Shown piece by piece: positions 58,928-64,000 of a stretch of DNA of 64,000 bases. The position numbers were made by a program, and so were the translations under genes. Positions within the stretch are counted from its first letter, which is position 1; each line of letters opens with the position of its first letter. Location of the stretch: positions 186,001 through 250,000 of IMG/VR virus record IMGVR_UViG_3300042879_006196. One strand, written 5' to 3'. The notes under the pieces are model-generated. The model did not search any database. It worked only from the letters and a program-made list of their open reading frames with translations, and was not told the DNA's origin.

Positions 58928-59209
58928 ATGGGCGGTATTTTCAAAAAATCACAAACTGACAGTGGTCAACCTGAAACAATAAACATAGGAACTGGTAATT
59001 TTCCATTACCGCCTATGACCAAAAAAGATATTTTGCTTTTCACAAGTAGAGCACCTGACATCGAGCAAATAGAGATATTTGCGCAAAGAATTAAAGAAAA
59101 CAATCCAAATGCTAGTTCAGATCAGCTTGCTGCAATGCTTGAAGAAAAAATAAAACAAGTTTATGGAAAATTTATAGATGATTGGAGTAAAAAATTTAAT
59201 TTAAAATAA
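58928..59209 (+). CDS. Hypothetical protein, 93 aa
   Basis: ORF track; TATAAT boxes just upstream. Confidence 0.7.
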   Translation: MGGIFKKSQTDSGQPETINIGTGNFPLPPMTKKDILLFTSRAPDIEQIEIFAQRIKENNPNASSDQLAAMLEEKIKQVYGKFIDDWSKKFNLK

Positions 59210-59210
59210 A

Positions 59211-59762
59211 ATGATAAACCAAGCAAATAATTTTTTTTCAGAAATAGAGTATTATGAATCACGAGGCAATTATGTACTTGCTGACAAACTCACAAAAAGT
59301 TTTTTAAAAATTGCTTATCAGGCTAATATTTCCGATATTGGAAAAGATTACTCCGAAGCTTTTGCAGATAAGTTTTCTTTAGATGTTATTTATCATTATG
59401 CGAGCCTTATTCCAGAATGTTTAGAAGTATTAAAATCTGATCCAAATTTGCTTCCATTTTTAGCCAAAGATTACAAAGATTTAATTTACGAAAAAACACA
59501 ATCTGGAAAAGATGTTGATTCTGCTGCTTATGAAGCTGCAGAAGAAATGGAAACATCTTATGAACAAAGAATGAACTTAGATCAATTTATTAAAGGAGAT
59601 AAAGATTTAGCATATGATTGTATAGAAAAAATATCTAAAATCTTTGGGCAAGAATCTAAAGAGTCTAAAAATTTGGATCCAGCAAATCCAGCTAATTCAA
59701 AAAATTCAACAAAAGTTACAACTCCTCCTTCAAGAGCTGTGCCTCCGATACCAGCTAAGTAA
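59211..59762 (+). CDS. Hypothetical protein, 183 aa (N-terminal helical motif shared with the 188-aa ORF)
   Basis: YESRGNYVLADKL resembles ADNNGDFKYADKI. Confidence 0.75.
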   Translation: MINQANNFFSEIEYYESRGNYVLADKLTKSFLKIAYQANISDIGKDYSEAFADKFSLDVIYHYASLIPECLEVLKSDPNLLPFLAKDYKDLIYEKTQSGKDVDSAAYEAAEEMETSYEQRMNLDQFIKGDKDLAYDCIEKISKIFGQESKESKNLDPANPANSKNSTKVTTPPSRAVPPIPAK

Positions 59763-59769
59763 TTTTTTG

Positions 59770-59775
59770 TATAAT
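59770..59775 (+). promoter_or_regulatory. TATAAT -10 box 7 nt upstream of the GTG start of the macrodomain gene
   Basis: ttgTATAATttagattGTG; no SD. Confidence 0.5.
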
Positions 59776-59782
59776 TTAGATT

Positions 59783-60499
59783 GTGTCATTAAAATGCCCA
59801 TTTTATAATCAAGCTTGTATACTTAAGCCCCAAGCAAATCTTCCTGAGTTTAAAGCTGAGCATGACTGCAAATCCCATATACAAGCTTGTTCGTTTTTTA
59901 TTAAAGAAAAAATCAAACAAATAAAAGTAGACACTAAAATTAAAATTATTATTAAACAAGTAAATAATGTTTATCTTGTGCAAGCTGATGGGTTAGTGTA
60001 TCCAAACAATAATTTATTACATATTGATGATCCTCTTTTAAATAAGATGACCTTAAATCAAGCTCAGGCAAAATGCGATAATATTATCAAAAATCCTGTT
60101 AAAATGGGATATCCTTATAGTTTCCCTGTTCCCTCTAATTGGAAAATCAAACAAAAACATTTTATTAATGCTGTCATAGCTGGCGCTTCTAGACTTGTTA
60201 ACGAAGCTGATGTTGCAAGTGCAATGAAGAAAACAATTTTATATGCAGATGAAATCGGCTTACAATCATTATTGTTTATGCCTTGTGATAATGGCACTCA
60301 CGATATTTCCTTGACAAGTTTGTCACAACTGTCCTCAATCTTCACAATTTGTCAAAAACATGATTTCAAAAATTTAAAAACTATTTTTATTTGCATGGCT
60401 GACGAGGAATCGGAGCAGGCTTTCATAGAATATTATAATAGGATCTTCGGGAGCAAAAATGAGCCAGGAAATGAAATCAACGTTGCAATCAATTCTTAA
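59783..60499 (+). CDS. Degenerate macrodomain protein with Cys/His-rich N-terminus, 238 aa
   Basis: KIIIKQVNNVYLVQADGLVYPNN..KHFINAVI..SAMKKTILYADEIGLQSLLFMP..LKTIFIC follows the macro fold order. Confidence 0.6.
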   Translation: MSLKCPFYNQACILKPQANLPEFKAEHDCKSHIQACSFFIKEKIKQIKVDTKIKIIIKQVNNVYLVQADGLVYPNNNLLHIDDPLLNKMTLNQAQAKCDNIIKNPVKMGYPYSFPVPSNWKIKQKHFINAVIAGASRLVNEADVASAMKKTILYADEIGLQSLLFMPCDNGTHDISLTSLSQLSSIFTICQKHDFKNLKTIFICMADEESEQAFIEYYNRIFGSKNEPGNEINVAINS

Positions 60500-60737
60500 C
60501 TCAATTGAAAAGCCTGCATTTTTAAAACATCACAATAAAATAGAATTAGTTAATGAATTATTTTTGAGCCAGGGTTATACCACTCAAAACTATTTAGACA
60601 AAAGCAAAGAAGCTGGCTGCTATATAGAAGAAAAAGACATTAATAATGATATGAAAATATGTGAAATTAAAAATTGCGACTTACAACTCCTGAAACAATC
60701 TCAACAAAAACTTACAAAGGCAATGGCACTACTCTAA
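60459..60737 (+). CDS. Hypothetical protein, 92 aa
   Basis: ORF track; TAATG overlap with the next gene. Confidence 0.65.
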   Translation: MSQEMKSTLQSILNSIEKPAFLKHHNKIELVNELFLSQGYTTQNYLDKSKEAGCYIEEKDINNDMKICEIKNCDLQLLKQSQQKLTKAMALL

Positions 60738-61318
60738 TGGAAGAAAGAAACTACGATTTTTCAACTTTATCAGAAAGAATTTCTGCACAAACTCAAGCAT
60801 ACGTTGAGTTTTCTAATGCTCTCGTTAAAATTATTGAGCAAACTGCTGCCATTAGGGACACTAACAATCACTTACTAGATGATTACAAAAATTTAAATGA
60901 AAAATTTCAAAAACTACTAGTTGATTTTAACACTTTTTCATTCCAAGCTAATTCAAGTTTTCAAGATCTTGACAGAGATTTAGTTGTCATTAAAACAAGT
61001 TTAGAAGATTATGAAAAACAATTGAAGGAACTCATTGAAGAAATGAATGAGCGCAACACCACTTTGTTTGATATGATTGAAGAACTTACAAAGCATTCAG
61101 AGCAAGTAAAAGAACACATAAGTTCTGATAACAATGGAGTAAAGAAAGCATTGGAAGATCTATCTGTGAGAGTGGAAAACCAGAATGTATTAATTGCTGA
61201 ATTTAAAAAATCAATTGATAAATTCAAAATGTTTTTCTGGACAGTGGGTGTTTTTCTTTCTATAATAGGCGCACTATCTCAGTTTGGAATTATTTCCATT
61301 ACTTGGTTTAAAAAATAA
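60737..61318 (+). CDS. Coiled-coil protein with C-terminal transmembrane helix
   Basis: Long heptad-like region then FFWTVGVFLSIIGALSQFGIISITWFKK; ATG at 60737 (TAATG) preferred to 60674. Confidence 0.7.
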   Translation: MEERNYDFSTLSERISAQTQAYVEFSNALVKIIEQTAAIRDTNNHLLDDYKNLNEKFQKLLVDFNTFSFQANSSFQDLDRDLVVIKTSLEDYEKQLKELIEEMNERNTTLFDMIEELTKHSEQVKEHISSDNNGVKKALEDLSVRVENQNVLIAEFKKSIDKFKMFFWTVGVFLSIIGALSQFGIISITWFKK

Positions 61319-61564
61319 TCACCCTAGTTTTTTGAAAAATTCTTCAACATTTGCTTCTTTCAATGGTTGAATAAATTTTTTGAAATTTTCTTCACAAAGT
61401 GGGCAAAACCATTCTTTCACAAACAAGGGTCTGTGATTGTAGCAGAAATATTGTTTACAACCATCACATACACAATAAGTTCTTAATGGAAGCCCATTGT
61501 TGCATAATGCACAGGTTTTTTGACCATTATTGTAATCTCCATATTGTCTTTCTTGATCAAACAC
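61319..61564 (-). CDS. Binuclear (cross-brace-type) zinc-finger protein, 81 aa
   Basis: CALC..CDGC..FCYNH..WFCPLC supplies eight appropriately spaced ligands; it fills the gap exactly. Confidence 0.7.
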   Translation of the reverse strand: MFDQERQYGDYNNGQKTCALCNNGLPLRTYCVCDGCKQYFCYNHRPLFVKEWFCPLCEENFKKFIQPLKEANVEEFFKKLG

Positions 61565-61617
61565 TTTAAATATTTCAACAAGTGGAATCCGCTTGCCTTC
61601 AAGAATTATAAATTATA

Positions 61618-62499
61618 ATGTCACTTATTTTCAGAGATCGTGTAAGACAAAAAGCAAACCCTTCAGGTACAGGATCTGTAACTTTAGGAGCTTCAGTAGC
61701 AACATATAAACAATTTGTTAATGCTGACCTAAATAATGATAGTTTCCCTTATGCAATTGTAAATACATCTCAATTTGAAGTGGGAATTGGCAATTACATA
61801 ACGCCTCTTGCTTCTGGAACTACTTATGGTGTATTAAATAGAAACTTAGTGTTATCTAATTCAAACAATGACACAAGCTTTATAGCCTTTAATGGAAGCT
61901 CCGCTGATGTAATTATAACGAATGCTGCTGAGCTTTCCGTGTTAGTTTCCTCTCAGCCTGCCCCAGCTACATTTAAGCTCATAAAATGGACTGGGGCTCA
62001 ATATGAGCTGATTGATCCAATTGAGAATTTTACATCTCTTGGCACATCAATTGATTCATCAGTGATGTTTTTTAATGCTACAAACACAAATTTTCAAGCT
62101 GATCCAAAATTTCAATACTATCAAGGGAATGTTCCTGAATTATATTTAGATGGAGTGTTTCAAGCTACTGCAAAAGCTTTCAAAATTCCGCATCCGACAA
62201 AGCCAAAAGTTCATCTTCAACATGGTTGTTTAGAAGGACCTGAATATGGGATTTATCTTCGAGGCACAGCATCAATAAATTACAAAACTTCTATAATTTT
62301 GCCCGATTATTTTACAGCACTAACACAATCTGACTCTTACACTGTTAGTGTATCAAGTAATTCCTTTATACCAGTGAAACACAAGAAAGAAAAAAATAAA
62401 GTGGTTTTTAGTTTATTATTTCCTACAATCAAGCCAATAGAAATAGATTTCTTAATCATAGATAAAAGAACAGACATTGATTTCAAATTGGAGGTTTAA
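61618..62499 (+). CDS. Phage tail-associated protein, 293 aa
   Basis: N-terminal DRVRQ..SGTGSVTLG..FEVGIG..LNRNLVLSNSN and C-terminal KAFKIPHP..HGCLEGPE..GIYLRG..LPDYF, both recurrent in phage tail proteins. Confidence 0.7.
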   Translation: MSLIFRDRVRQKANPSGTGSVTLGASVATYKQFVNADLNNDSFPYAIVNTSQFEVGIGNYITPLASGTTYGVLNRNLVLSNSNNDTSFIAFNGSSADVIITNAAELSVLVSSQPAPATFKLIKWTGAQYELIDPIENFTSLGTSIDSSVMFFNATNTNFQADPKFQYYQGNVPELYLDGVFQATAKAFKIPHPTKPKVHLQHGCLEGPEYGIYLRGTASINYKTSIILPDYFTALTQSDSYTVSVSSNSFIPVKHKKEKNKVVFSLLFPTIKPIEIDFLIIDKRTDIDFKLEV

Positions 62500-62780
62500 T
62501 GTTTGGCGATTTAACTTTTGCAGGTGGCACATTTGCAGATATATTTGTAATATCTGGACAAATTGAATACTCTTATCGCAAAGGTCGCACTGCCGTTATT
62601 GCTGTTATTCCTGAAAATGGTAGCGTGGTCACAGGTGTTAGTGCTAAATTCATTCGCTCTAAAGTTGAGGCAATTTTACCTGAAGAAGGAACAATAACAA
62701 CTAATGTAATTGTGAGAAAATTAAGAACAAAAGTAGAAAAAACTAAAACTGTAAACACAAACCCTCAACCAGGTTTGTAG
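62499..62780 (+). CDS. Small putative virion protein, 93 aa
   Basis: Begins MFGDLTFAGGTFAD, an N-terminus I recall following the previous gene type in phages; TAATG overlap. Confidence 0.6.
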   Translation: MFGDLTFAGGTFADIFVISGQIEYSYRKGRTAVIAVIPENGSVVTGVSAKFIRSKVEAILPEEGTITTNVIVRKLRTKVEKTKTVNTNPQPGL

Positions 62781-62803
62781 CTCCAAAACTTTAATATTAT
62801 AAC

Positions 62804-63160
62804 GTGGCTAATTTATTTTATCGAAACACTAATGCTAAAATTTCTTTTGAAGTTCTTGATGCTAATAATAATTTAGTTGGCTTATCTACTTCAAGAGAGG
62901 TATATTGGTATATTTTAACACCTGACAATCAGATTGTGTCAAATGATACAGATATTACCAGTTCTACATTTGCTAATGGCACACCAGTTTACTCTGCCAC
63001 ACCAGTAGTTCAAGAAGAAGAACCAGGCATTTATTACATTAATTATGTGTTGGCAAAGGTAGGTGAGTATAAATATAAATTTCAGGTGATTGACAATCCT
63101 ACATCAACAAATGTAGCTATTTCTGGAAATATAAAAGTAATAACTGACGGAATATTTTAA
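62804..63160 (+). CDS. Ig-like/BppU-like small structural protein, 118 aa
   Basis: All-beta pattern ISFEVLDA..VYWYILTPD..GIYYINY..GEYKYKF. Confidence 0.55.
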   Translation: MANLFYRNTNAKISFEVLDANNNLVGLSTSREVYWYILTPDNQIVSNDTDITSSTFANGTPVYSATPVVQEEEPGIYYINYVLAKVGEYKYKFQVIDNPTSTNVAISGNIKVITDGIF

Positions 63161-64000
63161 TGGCAAATACTAATAAAAATATATTGATTACTCCTGGTAT
63201 TGGTGGAATTTTATCTTCCTCAATATCACAAATCGATTTTATTTGGTATGAGTCTGGGATAGGCACAAATATTTTTGCTCCGAATATCAATGATCTACGT
63301 TCAACTATATACACTTGGGAACAAAATTCCGAGCCTGTGCTTTTGATTGGTGGTATAGGAACACTAAATAATCAACGAAAATTTGTTGGACCATATCAAG
63401 ATTTTGTTGGCAGTTTCACTGGTATATCAAGTTTTCCTAACATACAATTTTTTCCTTTGTCTGGAAAAATTGTAGGAAACACAATTTCAGTGAGTGGTGT
63501 ATCCACTTTAGCTGGTATATATTTATCAGGTCCTTTATATGATATAAACAACAGAAGTGGATCGTTTGGACAAATATTGTCATCTACCGCATCAGGTGTA
63601 GCCTGGACAAGCATTAGCTATACTGGAATTATTACTGCTATAGGTGGCATCACAAATAGATTAGCGAAATTTTTAGACGAAGATTCTTTAGGAAATAGTT
63701 CAATTATTGATAATGGTACACAAGTTATTTTTGGAGTGGGCGTATCAGTTTTAGGCTTCTCCACTTCTCTTGGGTTTTTTGGACCAGGTACTAATCTTAC
63801 TAATCTGAATGCATCTAATCTTTTCTTTGGCACAGTGCCTAGTTCAGTGGTATCAGGTTCTTATTCAGGCATAACATCTGTCGGAAATCTTTCCAACTTG
63901 TTTGTTACTGGTCTCAGTACATCTCTAGCTTATTTTGGTTTTGGTTCAAATCTTACTAATCTAAATGCATCTAATTTATTCTCTGGAACAGTGCCTAGTT
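63160..64000 (+). CDS. 5' part of a tail-fibre-like protein (partial, runs off window; absent from ORF track)
   Basis: ATG overlaps the previous stop (TAATG); frame stays open for 280 codons: MANTNKNILITP..SGVSTLAGI..LYDINNRSGSFGQILSST.SGVAW..GTNLTNLNASNL. Confidence 0.85.
   Translation, partial: MANTNKNILITPGIGGILSSSISQIDFIWYESGIGTNIFAPNINDLRSTIYTWEQNSEPVLLIGGIGTLNNQRKFVGPYQDFVGSFTGISSFPNIQFFPLSGKIVGNTISVSGVSTLAGIYLSGPLYDINNRSGSFGQILSSTASGVAWTSISYTGIITAIGGITNRLAKFLDEDSLGNSSIIDNGTQVIFGVGVSVLGFSTSLGFFGPGTNLTNLNASNLFFGTVPSSVVSGSYSGITSVGNLSNLFVTGLSTSLAYFGFGSNLTNLNASNLFSGTVPS
63787..64000 (+). repeat. 52-aa-period tandem repeat (G[TS]NLTNLNASNLF.GTVPS)
   Basis: Units start at 63787 and 63943 (156-nt period) with near-identical DNA aatcttactaatct.aatgcatctaat. 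Confidence 0.85.

Noticed and set aside
58928-58951. N-myristoylation-like start MGGIFKKS
   Set aside because: Does not fit MGxxxS/T, and the context is a bacteriophage.
214-61584. CAACAAGTG shared upstream of two structural blocks (214-222 and 61576-61584), and TGCCTT in three gaps
   Set aside because: Distances to start codons differ and there are few instances; such matches are plausible by chance in AT-rich gaps. Needs a genome-wide motif search.
1-64000. Stop-codon recoding (TAG or TGA reassigned), as in some huge phages
   Set aside because: ORFs up to 4138 aa are open in the standard code, and both TAG (204, 40243, 62780) and TGA (14530, 53608) end genes at sensible boundaries.
1-64000. 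tRNA, rRNA, CRISPR array, integrase or transposase
   Set aside because: Intergenic gaps are under ~65 nt; I saw no cloverleaf, repeat-spacer periodicity or recombinase motif. The tandem repeats found are in-frame coding repeats.
1-64000. Giant eukaryotic virus or cellular adhesin island
   Set aside because: Bacterial-type DnaK/DnaJ/ClpX/PhoH, coupled TAATG/ATGA overlaps, an intrinsic terminator and tail-type motifs favour a tailed phage; no NCLDV hallmark or secretion signals were seen.

Overview
This is a very compact, AT-rich window (roughly 30% GC by eye, not computed) in the standard genetic code, best read as part of a jumbo/huge tailed bacteriophage genome. (1) 241-40243 (+) is a virion block: a baseplate-hub-like protein followed by giant modular proteins of 1681, 620, 1281, 4138, 1339 and 3069 aa. 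These are built from NHL and RCC1 propellers, discoidin/Ig/PKD-like, Asp-box and vWA domains and phage-tail repeats. One of them carries an apparently intact Hint domain, and its tandem paralog carries a dead Hint. (2) 40276-48168 (+) holds an S8 and an S1 protease, DnaJ, a small acidic protein with a terminator, a UvsW-like helicase, DnaK, RNase HII, a MerC-like protein and a divergent DUF151/BFN. (3) 48165-57389 (-) holds two tail-tube-like paralogs, orphans, PIN-PhoH and a second J-domain protein. (4) 57452-64000 (mostly +) holds a ClpX with altered substrate loops, a degenerate macrodomain, a cross-brace Zn finger (-) and the start of a tail-fibre module that runs off the window. I found no tRNA, rRNA, CRISPR array, integrase or transposase, and the intergenic gaps are all under about 65 nt. 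The strongest leads are the active/dead Hint pair in virion proteins, a phage-encoded protein maturation and quality-control kit (two proteases, Hsp70, two J-proteins and ClpX, with no ClpP or GrpE in the window), several degenerate host-like enzymes, and -10 boxes placed for leaderless translation. All domain calls come from visual motif recognition; no database searches were run.
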